Assembly (NCBI GenBank): GCA_017430965.1
Contig: JAFRLX010000123.1
Coordinates: forward strand, 8,583-72,582
From: Clostridia bacterium
GTDB lineage: Bacteria > Bacillota > Clostridia > Oscillospirales > Acutalibacteraceae
Direction of reading: 5' to 3'
Length of the DNA stretch: 64,000 nucleotides
Within the stretch, counting starts at the first letter, position 1. The number at the start of each line of letters is the position of its first letter. Below, in pieces: positions 47,046-56,107 of this stretch. The notes beneath the pieces were generated by a model. The model had not been told where the DNA came from. It did no database searches and saw only the letters and a program-made list of their open reading frames with translations. The translations under genes were made by a program, and so were the position numbers.

Positions 47046-49487
47046 TTAATCCTCGCTGTTTTTCTTTTTCCGCCAATAGGGCAGGAAAACACACACGCCG
47101 CACACAGCCAAGCACAAAATGATGAAAGCGGCAACATTATCGCCGGTGCCGGGTGAAACAGCCGAGGTGTTTTGCTTCACGGCGGTGCTGTCTTTAGCAG
47201 GTGTGGTAACTGCGGTGTCGGTTTTAGTGTTGGTTTTATCGTCAGTTTTATCGTCAGTTTTGTCGTCGGTTTTTGTATCGGTGTTGTCATCTTTTAACAC
47301 AATCACTTCCACGCGGGCGGTGAAAGTTTTGTCTTGGTTATAGTCCTTTGCGGCAATCACAACCGTGGTTTTGCCGGGTTTAATGGCTTCAATAACACCT
47401 GTTGTAGGGTCAACCGTGACAATTGATTCATCATCCGTGTGATAATTCGGGTACAATACACTATGCGGTTCGCCTGGGTATTGGAATGTGGGCTGAACCT
47501 GTAACACTTCACCCGGTTTTAGGGTAACGCGCTGCGGGGCAGTCATGGCGGTTGGTGAAACCGGGGTGGTTGTTGCCGGGTCATAAATGTGAAGCAGGTA
47601 TGATTGCTGTAGCCCGTTATACATCGTCAATGTCACAGTTACATCACCTGCTTTTTTGAGTGTAACTCTGCCGTAGTTATCAAGCGTGGCGATGCTTTCA
47701 TCCGAAACAGTCCAAATACCGCTTGCTAAAGCATCTTCCTGCGCGGCGGCAGGGTAGACCAAAATATCGTCCATTTCAAAAATTCCCGCGTCAAGTTCTA
47801 TGCTGATATCATAAAACCTGAAAAACAGTTTTTCAGGCGCCACCATATCGCCGGCAGCCTTATATTGCGGTACAAAAGTAGTGTCTTGGCTTACGCGGTA
47901 GTCTATGTGCGGTTTGCCGGTTTCTTTTTCAACCCACCCAATAAAAATGTTATCGCCCTTGCGCGGCAAAGGCGCGCCTTTATCAAGATAATCGCCGATT
48001 TTTACCTGTTGGGTGGCAACAACGGCGCCTTCATCCTCATAACTAATTGTCACATGCACCTTGTTCACGGCATCAATATTTGCGCGCATCGCCGTGCGGC
48101 GCAGTTCAACACTTTCTTTAAAAGCGACGACCGTTTCATCCAAATTTTCGGGGGTATATATATCGCTTTCTTCCTCTTGGCGCAGGGCGTCATCATCCTC
48201 ATAGGCGGCGCGTATTTGAGAGGCGTATGTATCTAACTTGCCGCCGTCGGCAATCAGTTCACCGAGCGTGTTATCCAAAACAGACCAACGCGCTTTGAGC
48301 AGGTCTGCAAACTGCGGGTCATCCTCTCTAAGTTTTTCAATCCACGGCATATAGGTGGAAGTGAAATCGACCTCTTCGCTCGTGCTGCCGCCATCCCAGG
48401 CAATGTCAAAATCCCACAAGGGACCAAAAAACAGTTTGCCGTTTCTCTCTTTATAATAATAGGTGCTGTGGGTAATAAAAGCGTCGCCGTTGGTAGTAAA
48501 TTCCTGAATCCACCAATAATCTGCGGCAGATTGCAGGTCAAGCATGGCGGCAATTTGGTCATGCCGTGCGGCATCTATTTTTCCGTTCGCCATAATCAGC
48601 GCATCCAGTTCATTAATATAGCCTTGAATGTATGCACGCTGGTCAGCGCGCCCGGGTTCAAGGTCTTCACTTTTAAATTCGGGCGATTGGTGTAAAAACT
48701 TTAAGCCGCTTGTATCGGTTTTAAAATAATTGCTTGCCGGTTCATCTTCATCCTGATAATTAGAGTAGGCAGAGAGCAGGTAACCGCCTGAAATAGCGGG
48801 GTTATCTGCCGTAACACTCTTTTTGAGTTTGTCAATGGCAACGCGGTCGGCGCCCACTTCCACCAGTTCGCTCAGGTCATAAATGCCAAGGTAGCGGCTC
48901 GGCGTTTCGCTGCCGGTCATCACCACTTCCACAGGCACCATTTGCGGGGAATAGGCAAGCCTCATCTGTTCGCCAACCCATGAGGTGATGCGGTTTCTCA
49001 ATTTGAGCGTGTCGCCGGTATTCGCCATCAACGCCCATTCTTTGCCGGCACCCATGCCAAAGAGGTCGGCAGCACTGCTGAGTTGAATTTTGTAGGGGTT
49101 TTTGGCACCCTCATTGGTAGACCAGGTTGAGTTGCCTCTGCCACGAATGTAATCAAGCTCAATTTCACCGGCGGGCACGGCAGAAGAGCCGTATTCGCTC
49201 GTGAATGAATCGGGCACAAGTATTTCTACTGTGCCTTTGCAGCGCACAGAGTGATCCTTGCTGCCGTTCATATCGGCAATTTTGCCGTAGGGGTGCTCAC
49301 TGTCGCTTTGCCTTGCCGCGGCAATGGTGGCATCACTTTCATCAATGCGCACAATCACAAGCGGAATGCCGTTTTGCGGCGTAGTCGGCACATCGACTGC
49401 CGCCAATACCGTAACCGGTAGCACCGTTAGTAACAAAACAGCACTTAAAACCATAGCCAACGCTTTTATGATAATTGCTTTTTTCAT
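47046..49487 (-). CDS. CotH-family (atypical kinase fold) surface protein with Big_2-like domains, a Thr/Asp/Lys repeat stalk and a sortase-type C-terminal sorting signal
   Basis: 813 aa with a signal peptide. CotH core: NPYKIQLSS..GKEWALMANTGDTLKLRN...PLWDFDIAW. The C-terminus is SPGTG, then a hydrophobic helix, then RKKKNSED. Confidence 0.86.
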   Translation of the reverse strand: MKKAIIIKALAMVLSAVLLLTVLPVTVLAAVDVPTTPQNGIPLVIVRIDESDATIAAARQSDSEHPYGKIADMNGSKDHSVRCKGTVEILVPDSFTSEYGSSAVPAGEIELDYIRGRGNSTWSTNEGAKNPYKIQLSSAADLFGMGAGKEWALMANTGDTLKLRNRITSWVGEQMRLAYSPQMVPVEVVMTGSETPSRYLGIYDLSELVEVGADRVAIDKLKKSVTADNPAISGGYLLSAYSNYQDEDEPASNYFKTDTSGLKFLHQSPEFKSEDLEPGRADQRAYIQGYINELDALIMANGKIDAARHDQIAAMLDLQSAADYWWIQEFTTNGDAFITHSTYYYKERNGKLFFGPLWDFDIAWDGGSTSEEVDFTSTYMPWIEKLREDDPQFADLLKARWSVLDNTLGELIADGGKLDTYASQIRAAYEDDDALRQEEESDIYTPENLDETVVAFKESVELRRTAMRANIDAVNKVHVTISYEDEGAVVATQQVKIGDYLDKGAPLPRKGDNIFIGWVEKETGKPHIDYRVSQDTTFVPQYKAAGDMVAPEKLFFRFYDISIELDAGIFEMDDILVYPAAAQEDALASGIWTVSDESIATLDNYGRVTLKKAGDVTVTLTMYNGLQQSYLLHIYDPATTTPVSPTAMTAPQRVTLKPGEVLQVQPTFQYPGEPHSVLYPNYHTDDESIVTVDPTTGVIEAIKPGKTTVVIAAKDYNQDKTFTARVEVIVLKDDNTDTKTDDKTDDKTDDKTNTKTDTAVTTPAKDSTAVKQNTSAVSPGTGDNVAAFIILCLAVCGVCVFLPYWRKKKNSED
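47235..47282 (-). repeat. In-frame 12-nt tandem repeat encoding (TDDK)n in the CotH-family gene
   Basis: Plus strand reads TTTTATCGTCAG TTTTATCGTCAG TTTTGTCGTCGG TTTTTGTATCGG. The protein reads DTKTDDKTDDKTDDKTNTKTD. Confidence 0.75.
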
Positions 49488-49681
49488 AGCGGTTCCTTTC
49501 GAGTGAATTGATTAGTAAATGGTTTAGTATTTATATATAACTATTATAAACTTAAAATTTTATAAAAATCAATACTTCCTTCACAAAATGAATCAATTTA
49601 TACCGCAAAAATATTTTACTTTTGTTTTTCACTCGCATAAATATTATATAAACCTAAAAAGCTTTTTAATATAAAAAAAGA

Positions 49682-49850
49682 ATTAGAACCGCCTCATGTT
49701 TCCAAAAGGAAACATTTTTCGGACACAATAAAACCGGTTGATACACCTGTTTCATGTTTCCAAAAGGAAACATTCTTTGTTTTAAAGATATTCAATTGTA
49801 TCTAAAAGTGTACTTGAACCTGCTTCATGTTCACAAAAAGAAACATTGTA
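49682..49850. repeat. Three direct copies of a roughly 32-nt unit containing the palindrome ATGTTTCC-AAAA-GGAAACAT
   Basis: Palindrome cores lie at 49696-49715 (perfect), 49754-49773 (perfect) and 49827-49846 (degenerate: ATGTTCACAAAAAGAAACAT). Each is preceded by (G)AACC.GC.TC. Confidence 0.7.
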
Positions 49851-49894
49851 AATTTCACCATAAAATAACAAGTAGTATAAATAAATCGGTATTA

Positions 49895-49929
49895 TAAAAA
49901 ATGCCCCGCACTCTTTAGGACGTGCGGGG
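49895..49929 (-). terminator. Rho-independent terminator of the ior/paaK/ACT operon
   Basis: Minus strand: CCCCGCAC-loop-GTGCGGGG followed by CATTTTTT. Confidence 0.85.
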
Positions 49930-49956
49930 TGAACGATTATTATGCTGTTTTGTTTT

Positions 49957-50382
49957 TTAGAAAATATCTTTTGCCGTTACATCTTCAATGCCGTTTGCAA
50001 TGAGCAAATCATTGGCGGCTTTTACATCGGCAGTTTTGGCAACCATCAAGGCTTTACCGGTGATTTTAGTATCAAAAGCATACATATACTCAACACTGAT
50101 ATCATTTTGATACAGCAGTTCAATAACCTTGGCGGCACCACCGGGGGCATCGTCTAACTCCACGGCGAGCACATCGGTTATTTTTACGATAACGCCTTCT
50201 TCATTTAATATTATTTTTGCTTTATCGGGGTCGTTGACAATTAGGCGCAAAACGCCAAATTCGCTTGTATCGGCAAGTGAAAGGGCAGACAAGTCAATGC
50301 CGTTTTCGGCAAGTCGGTTTAAAATCGCCGATAGTCTGCCTTTTTTATTTTCTACAAAAACAGAAAGTTGTTTGGTAAGCAT
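49957..50382 (-). CDS. ACT domain-containing protein (tandem ACT)
   Basis: 141 aa. LSVFVENKKGRLSAILNRLAENGIDLSALSLADTSEFGVLRLIV is a typical ACT fold signature. Confidence 0.85.
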   Translation of the reverse strand: MLTKQLSVFVENKKGRLSAILNRLAENGIDLSALSLADTSEFGVLRLIVNDPDKAKIILNEEGVIVKITDVLAVELDDAPGGAAKVIELLYQNDISVEYMYAFDTKITGKALMVAKTADVKAANDLLIANGIEDVTAKDIF

Positions 50383-50468
50383 AGTGTTTTCCTCCGAAAA
50401 ATAATGATTAATTCATACTACCTTTTATGGATTATCACGCAAAGGGTACCATTAAGATGGTTAGAAAA

Positions 50469-51785
50469 TTATACTAATTTTCTTTTGTCAATTACTCTTT
50501 TCGCTTTACCTTCACTGCGTTCGATGGATTTGGGGTTCACAAGGTGAACTTTGGCACCGATGCCGAGTGTGGAGCGCAACTCTGAGGTAATGCGCTTCTC
50601 AATGCTTTCTATGCTTCTGACTTCATCGGCAAAGAGCGCTTCACTCATTTCCACATTGACGTCAAACGTGTCGGAATTATTGATGCGATCAACCACAATT
50701 TGATAGTTGGGTGTTAAATCACCGCCGCTGGTTTTGAGCAATACCTCTTCGATTTGAGAGGGGAATACATTGACACCGCGAATAATAAGCATATCATCGC
50801 TTCTGCCTTGCGGTTTGCACATTCTCAAATGCGTTCTGCCGCATTTGCAGGGTGCATACTCCAAGCGGCAAATATCTCTTGTGCGGTAACGAATGACAGG
50901 GAAAGCCTGTTTTGTCAGGGAAGTAAAAACAAGTTCTCCCGTGCTGCCCTCCGGTAACACTTCACCGGTATCGGGGTCGATAATCTCTGCAAGGAAGTGG
51001 TCTTCCCAAATGTGCATGCCGGCTTTTTCGGAACATTCGCACGCGACACCGGGACCGATGACCTCGGTTAAACCGTAAATATCACAGGCTTTCAGACCGA
51101 GACTTTTTTCAATTTCGGCGCGCATGCTTTCTGTCCAGGGTTCTGCACCGAAAATGCCGTACTTTAACTTGAGCTTGTCCTTTAAACCTGCTCTATTGAC
51201 CTCTTCTCCCAAATGCATGGCATAGGAAGGTGTGCAGCACAGAACAGTTGCACCGAAATCAACCATGTTTTGGATTTGAAGCTTTGTGTTGCCCGAGGAC
51301 ATCGGAATAACTGCGCAACCGATTTTTTCTGCAGCGCTGTGAACACCGAAGCCGCCGGTAAATAAGCCGTAGCCGTAAGAAACCTGCACAATATCTTCAT
51401 CGGTAATGCCCAACGACACCATCATGCGTGCAGCACATTCTGCCCACACATCCAAATCTTCCCTCGTGTAGCCAACAACAATGCGCTTGCCGGTGGTGCC
51501 GCTCGAAGCGTGAAAACGCACCACGTTTTTCAGCGGCTCCGCAAACAGCCCGAACGGATAATAATCTCTCAAATCCTTTTTGTAAGAGAAGGGGACCTTT
51601 GCCAAATCTTCCAAGGATTGGATGTCCTCCGGCTTTAAGCCTTTTTCATCCATGCGGTTTCTAAAGCATTCGACTCTCTCATAAGTGTGCGCGATTTGCT
51701 TTTGAAGGCGCTCAAGCTGCAATGCTTTGAGCTGTTCACGTGGCATGGTTTCAATGTCTTTGTTTAAGTAACTCAATCTTTTCAC
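50469..51785 (-). CDS. paaK: Phenylacetate-CoA ligase
   Basis: 438 aa with the AMP-binding motif [10 protein letters not shown] and a PaaK-type N-terminus ([17 protein letters not shown]). The true start may be TTG 51776, 5 nt after AGGTGA. Confidence 0.9.
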   Translation of the reverse strand: MKRLSYLNKDIETMPREQLKALQLERLQKQIAHTYERVECFRNRMDEKGLKPEDIQSLEDLAKVPFSYKKDLRDYYPFGLFAEPLKNVVRFHASSGTTGKRIVVGYTREDLDVWAECAARMMVSLGITDEDIVQVSYGYGLFTGGFGVHSAAEKIGCAVIPMSSGNTKLQIQNMVDFGATVLCCTPSYAMHLGEEVNRAGLKDKLKLKYGIFGAEPWTESMRAEIEKSLGLKACDIYGLTEVIGPGVACECSEKAGMHIWEDHFLAEIIDPDTGEVLPEGSTGELVFTSLTKQAFPVIRYRTRDICRLEYAPCKCGRTHLRMCKPQGRSDDMLIIRGVNVFPSQIEEVLLKTSGGDLTPNYQIVVDRINNSDTFDVNVEMSEALFADEVRSIESIEKRITSELRSTLGIGAKVHLVNPKSIERSEGKAKRVIDKRKLV

Positions 51786-51825
51786 CTGCTTTCATAGTGT
51801 TTTTTCATAACCAAATCATTAAAAA

Positions 51826-52398
51826 TTAATGATTATATCCTAATTCAAATGCTTTCAGATTGACATCTAAAAACTTTGCCGGAACAGTGGTCCTGAGTGT
51901 TTCAATCCAACTGTCCTTTGCAATTTCGCTGCTTTTGGCAAGCATGCCGATTAACACGACATTGACAGCTTTAATGTTGCCTGCCTGCTTAGCAAGGCTC
52001 AATGCATCCACCGCAATTAAATTTGCTTTGTTTTTAATCTTATCGGCAATGTCCTGCGGATATTCAGCCGCACCGATAATTACCGGCATCGGATTAATCT
52101 GCTGCGTGTTGACAATAATCTTCCCGCCTTCTTTTAAATAGGGAAGGGCTCTATAGGCTTCCAACAGTTCAAAAGCCAAAATAATATCTGCCTCACCTTT
52201 ACCGATAATCGGGGAGTAAACCTTTTGTCCGTATTTCACATAGGTTACAACGCTGCCGCCTCTTTGGCTCATGCCGTGCACTTCACTGAGCTTAACATCA
52301 TAGCCTTCATGAATCACCGTGTTGCCTAAAATGCGGCTTGCCAGGAGGGTGCCTTGACCGCCGACACCGACAATCATAATCTTTTTTGTATCCGTCAT
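51826..52398 (-). CDS. iorB: Indolepyruvate:ferredoxin oxidoreductase subunit beta
   Basis: 190 aa. IMIVGVGGQGTLLASRILG..SEVHGMSQRGGSV is the gamma-type domain of the 2-oxoacid:ferredoxin oxidoreductase family. Confidence 0.9.
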   Translation of the reverse strand: MTDTKKIMIVGVGGQGTLLASRILGNTVIHEGYDVKLSEVHGMSQRGGSVVTYVKYGQKVYSPIIGKGEADIILAFELLEAYRALPYLKEGGKIIVNTQQINPMPVIIGAAEYPQDIADKIKNKANLIAVDALSLAKQAGNIKAVNVVLIGMLAKSSEIAKDSWIETLRTTVPAKFLDVNLKAFELGYNH

Positions 52399-52399
52399 C

Positions 52400-54136
52400 T
52401 CAGTTTACCTCCTTTTTTATGGCTTTGAACGGGCAGACATTCATGCAGAGCCCGCAGCCGTTGCACTGTGTGGTATCGATTTCAACAGTGTCGCCTTTTA
52501 AAGAGATAGCGGGGCAGCCGAGCTTCATGCAGAGCTTACACTTGCGGCATTCTTCGGAAATGCGGCATTTGCCCTCATATTTTACACCCTTTAAGAGCGC
52601 GCAAGGTCTTTGCGCGATAATAACACTCGGTTCCTCGCGCTCTACTTCGGTTTTGACAACCTGTTCAAAATTCTTGACATCAAACGGGTCGGCAACGGTA
52701 ATGTGCTCAATGCCGACCGCTTCGGCAAGCTTAATTAAGTCAACCTGCTTTGTGGCTTCACCCTTAATGGTTTTACCGGTAGTGGGATTGTCCTGGTGAC
52801 CGGTCATACCGGTGATGGAATTGTCTAAGATAATCACCGTGTTGGCGCCTTTGTTATAGACAATATCAATCAATCCCGTAATGCCGGAGTGAATAAAGGT
52901 GGAGTCACCGATAACGGAGACTAACTTTTTATTAAAATCACTGCCTTTAACCTTTGCCATGCCGAGTGCGGCGGAAACGGAAGCACCCATGCAAATTGTG
53001 GTATCCACACTTGCCAGCGGTGCAACAGCACCGAGGGTATAGCAGCCGATATCTCCGGAAACGGTTAAGCCCAATTTCTTTAAGACATAGAAGGTGCCTC
53101 TGTGCGGGCAACCGGGGCACATCACCGGAGGTCTTGCCGGAATGGCTTCGTTGATTTCGGCACATGCAGGCGCATCTTCATCGAGAACAGCCTTGGCAAT
53201 CATTGCCGGTGTATATTCACCCAAGAGGCTGAACTTTTCTTTACCGATGACTTCGACACCGATGGATTTACAATAATCCTCTAAAACCGGGTCTAATTCT
53301 TCAATCACATAGACCTTGTCACATTTGGCGGCAAAGTCTTTGATTAATGTTTCGGGAAGGGGATACACCATACCGAGTTTTAGGAAATTGGCTTTCTCAC
53401 CGAGTGCTTCTTTTGCATATAAATAAGCGATACCGGCAGTAATAACACCAACCTTGGCACCGTTATCTTCCACAGTGTTAAATGCGGTGGTTTCGGCAAA
53501 AGCGCGCAAATCCTTTTCTCGTTGCTCAACAATCACGTGCTTTTTTATTGCATTGCCCGGCATCATCACATTTTTGGCAATATCCTTTTGGTAATCCTTG
53601 ACGGCAACCGTTTCTCTTTCACACAGCTCGACCAAGCTCTGAGAGTGAGAAACTCTTGTGGAAAGGCGAATAAACACCGGTGTGTCATAGGTTTCGGAAA
53701 GCGCAAAAGCCTGTTTGGTATATTCTTTACATTCGGCAGAATCGGCGGGCTCGAGCATCATCACTTTTGAAGCGCGGGCATAATGCCTGGAGTCTTGTTC
53801 GTTTTGAGAGGAGTGCATGCCGGGGTCATCCGCCACGCAGAACACAAGACCGCCGTTGACTCCGATATAGCTGACTGTAAAAACGGGGTCAGCCATTACA
53901 TTTAAGCCGACATGTTTGCAGCAGCTCATCGCTCTGCCGCCGGCAATGGAAGCGCCAATGGCGACTTCGGCAGCAACTTTCTCATTCGGTGCCCATTCTG
54001 CATAAATTTCATCATATTTTGCAATTTCCTCTGTAATTTCGGTGCTCGGTGTACCGGGGTAAGAGGAGACAACATTGACTCCTGCTTCATAGGCACCTCT
54101 TGCAACAGCGGCATTGCCAAGTAACAGTTTTTTCAT
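52400..54136 (-). CDS. iorA: Indolepyruvate:ferredoxin oxidoreductase subunit alpha
   Basis: MKKLLLGNAAVARGAYEAGV.., TPP-binding GDSTFIHSG, and C-terminal 2x[4Fe-4S] (CRKCKLCMKLGCP...CNGCGLCMNVCP). The ATG at 54136 removes a 50-aa spurious extension from the ORF track. Confidence 0.9.
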   Translation of the reverse strand: MKKLLLGNAAVARGAYEAGVNVVSSYPGTPSTEITEEIAKYDEIYAEWAPNEKVAAEVAIGASIAGGRAMSCCKHVGLNVMADPVFTVSYIGVNGGLVFCVADDPGMHSSQNEQDSRHYARASKVMMLEPADSAECKEYTKQAFALSETYDTPVFIRLSTRVSHSQSLVELCERETVAVKDYQKDIAKNVMMPGNAIKKHVIVEQREKDLRAFAETTAFNTVEDNGAKVGVITAGIAYLYAKEALGEKANFLKLGMVYPLPETLIKDFAAKCDKVYVIEELDPVLEDYCKSIGVEVIGKEKFSLLGEYTPAMIAKAVLDEDAPACAEINEAIPARPPVMCPGCPHRGTFYVLKKLGLTVSGDIGCYTLGAVAPLASVDTTICMGASVSAALGMAKVKGSDFNKKLVSVIGDSTFIHSGITGLIDIVYNKGANTVIILDNSITGMTGHQDNPTTGKTIKGEATKQVDLIKLAEAVGIEHITVADPFDVKNFEQVVKTEVEREEPSVIIAQRPCALLKGVKYEGKCRISEECRKCKLCMKLGCPAISLKGDTVEIDTTQCNGCGLCMNVCPFKAIKKEVN

Positions 54137-54185
54137 TTTCAATCTTCTTTCTGTAGTATTTCTATTTGCGAAAACTCGCCGGTTA

Positions 54186-55820
54186 TCAGTTATTGATTTC
54201 TTTAGCGACAACGCTACCGCCGCAGTACATTTCCCTGAGCTTCGGTTTTTCGATTTTACCGGTGGGGTTGCGCGGCACATCGGCAAAAATAATCTTGCGC
54301 GGGCGCTTATAGCGCGGCATACCCAGGCAGAATTGGTTCACATCTTCTTCGGTAAGCGTGTGGTCTTCTTTTACTTGAATGATTGCCGCGGCAATTTCTC
54401 CGAGCCTTGCATCGGGAAGTCCGATAACGGCAACATCTTTAATCGCATTGTTTTTTCTCAGGTAGTCTTCGATTTGTACGGGGTAGAGGTTTTCACCGCC
54501 GGTGATGATAACGTCTTTTTTGCGGTCGACCAAATAAATAAAGCCGTCCTCATCTTCCATCGCCATATCGCCGGTGAACAGCCAGCCGTTTTTAATCATC
54601 GCAGCGGTGGCTTCATCGTCTTTATAATAACAGGTCATTACGCCGGGACCCTTCACACACAGCTCTCCAACCTCACCGCGGGTGACAGGTTGACCGTTTT
54701 CATCCACGATAGCTGTTTGCCAACCGAAGCCGGCTTTGCCGATTGCACCGACCTTGTGGGTGTTTTCCACACCTAAGTGCACACAGCCGGGGCCTATGGA
54801 TTCGCTTAAACCGTAGTTGGTGTCATATTGGTGATGCGGGAATACCTTCAACCAGCGCTTAATCAGTGAAGGCGGCACAGGTTGCGCACCGATGTGCATT
54901 AATCTCCACTGCGAAAGCTCATAGTTTTCCAAATGAATTTTGCCGGACTCAATGGCATCCAAAATATCTTGCGCCCACGGTACCAACAACCAAACGATGC
55001 TGCATTTTTCATCGGAAACCGCTTTGATAATCCACTGCGGATTTACTCCTTTGAGCAGAACGCCTTTGCCGCCGACCAGGAACGAACCGAACCAGTGCAT
55101 TTTCGCGCCTGTGTGGTAGAGCGGAGGAATGCAAAGGAAAACATCCTCATGGGTTTGACCGTGGTGGTTCTGCTCGGTCATTGCCGCGTGCACCAAACTG
55201 CGGTGCTTATGCAAAATTGCCTTCGGGAAACCGGTGGTGCCGGAGGAAAAGTAAATCGCGGCATAATCGCTCTCGGTCAGTTGAATTTGCGGAGAAACAT
55301 CACAGCAGTAAGAAGTCATTTTTTCATAGCTGTCAGCAAATGAGGGACAATCCTCACCGACATAGAAAATGTCTTTAACTTGCGGTATCTCCGAACAAAT
55401 CTGTTCAATTCTGCCTACAAATTCGGGACCGAAAATCAAACGGGTGCTGTCGCTCTTTTCCAGGCAATACTTAATTTCTTCCGCTGTGTAGCGGTAATTG
55501 AGCGGAACGGCGATGCCACCGGCTTTTAAGATGCCGAAATAAATCGGAAGCCACTCGATGGAATTCATCAGCAGAATAGAGATTTTTTCGTTCTTTTTGC
55601 AGCCGCGCGCCAAAAGCAGGTTGGCAAATTTGTTTGCCTTTTGTTCAAACTCCTTCCAGGTGATTTCTCTGCGGAAGGGTTTGCCCGGCTCAGGCTGAAT
55701 CAGTGAATACTCGCGCCAGGTGGTTTTGCTCTCGGGTTGAAACTCGGGATTGATTTCCACCAATGCGGTTTCATCGGGATAGGTACATGCGTTTTGAGTT
55801 AAAATGTCAATTAGAGTCAT
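54186..55820 (-). CDS. AMP-forming acyl-CoA synthetase / ligase (ANL superfamily)
   Basis: 544 aa with motifs FSSGTTGFPKA, TNYGLSE, GWLFTGD and PRNPTGKI. Confidence 0.88.
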   Translation of the reverse strand: MTLIDILTQNACTYPDETALVEINPEFQPESKTTWREYSLIQPEPGKPFRREITWKEFEQKANKFANLLLARGCKKNEKISILLMNSIEWLPIYFGILKAGGIAVPLNYRYTAEEIKYCLEKSDSTRLIFGPEFVGRIEQICSEIPQVKDIFYVGEDCPSFADSYEKMTSYCCDVSPQIQLTESDYAAIYFSSGTTGFPKAILHKHRSLVHAAMTEQNHHGQTHEDVFLCIPPLYHTGAKMHWFGSFLVGGKGVLLKGVNPQWIIKAVSDEKCSIVWLLVPWAQDILDAIESGKIHLENYELSQWRLMHIGAQPVPPSLIKRWLKVFPHHQYDTNYGLSESIGPGCVHLGVENTHKVGAIGKAGFGWQTAIVDENGQPVTRGEVGELCVKGPGVMTCYYKDDEATAAMIKNGWLFTGDMAMEDEDGFIYLVDRKKDVIITGGENLYPVQIEDYLRKNNAIKDVAVIGLPDARLGEIAAAIIQVKEDHTLTEEDVNQFCLGMPRYKRPRKIIFADVPRNPTGKIEKPKLREMYCGGSVVAKEINN

Positions 55821-56047
55821 TTGCTTTCATCCTTATTTTGCTAATATATTGTAATAAAATTTTACAAATAATTATTATATCACTCTTAATTACATTATTC
55901 AACATATATTTCTTGCATTTTATCATCATTGAAATTTAATCACCATTCATTCACTTTATGGTCAGAAACTCTCACAAAACGCAAAAAAAGCGAGCAAAAA
56001 AATATAATAGCTTCACACATTCCGAGAGGTTAATGAGGATTTTTTAG

Positions 56048-56075
56048 TTGAATAATCCGCATAAAAGGATATAAT
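56048..56075 (+). promoter_or_regulatory. Putative sigma-A promoter of pepF
   Basis: TTGAAT, 16 nt, TATAAT. Confidence 0.5.
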
Positions 56076-56107
56076 AGAAATAGAGAACATTTAAAGGAGA
56101 TTGCGGC

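Noticed and set aside
49696-49900. Mini-ORFs initiated at the ATG inside each palindrome (MFPKGNIFRTQ, and a 47-codon ORF from 49754).
   Set aside because: They have no RBS. The third palindrome copy is read in a different frame, so the repeats do not encode a repeated peptide.
54137-54286. A 50-codon N-terminal extension of iorA (MPMCRATPPVKSK...).
   Set aside because: It overlaps the 3' end of the upstream ligase gene and is Arg/Ser/Lys-rich junk. The conserved IorA N-terminus begins at MKKLLLGNAAVARG (ATG 54136).
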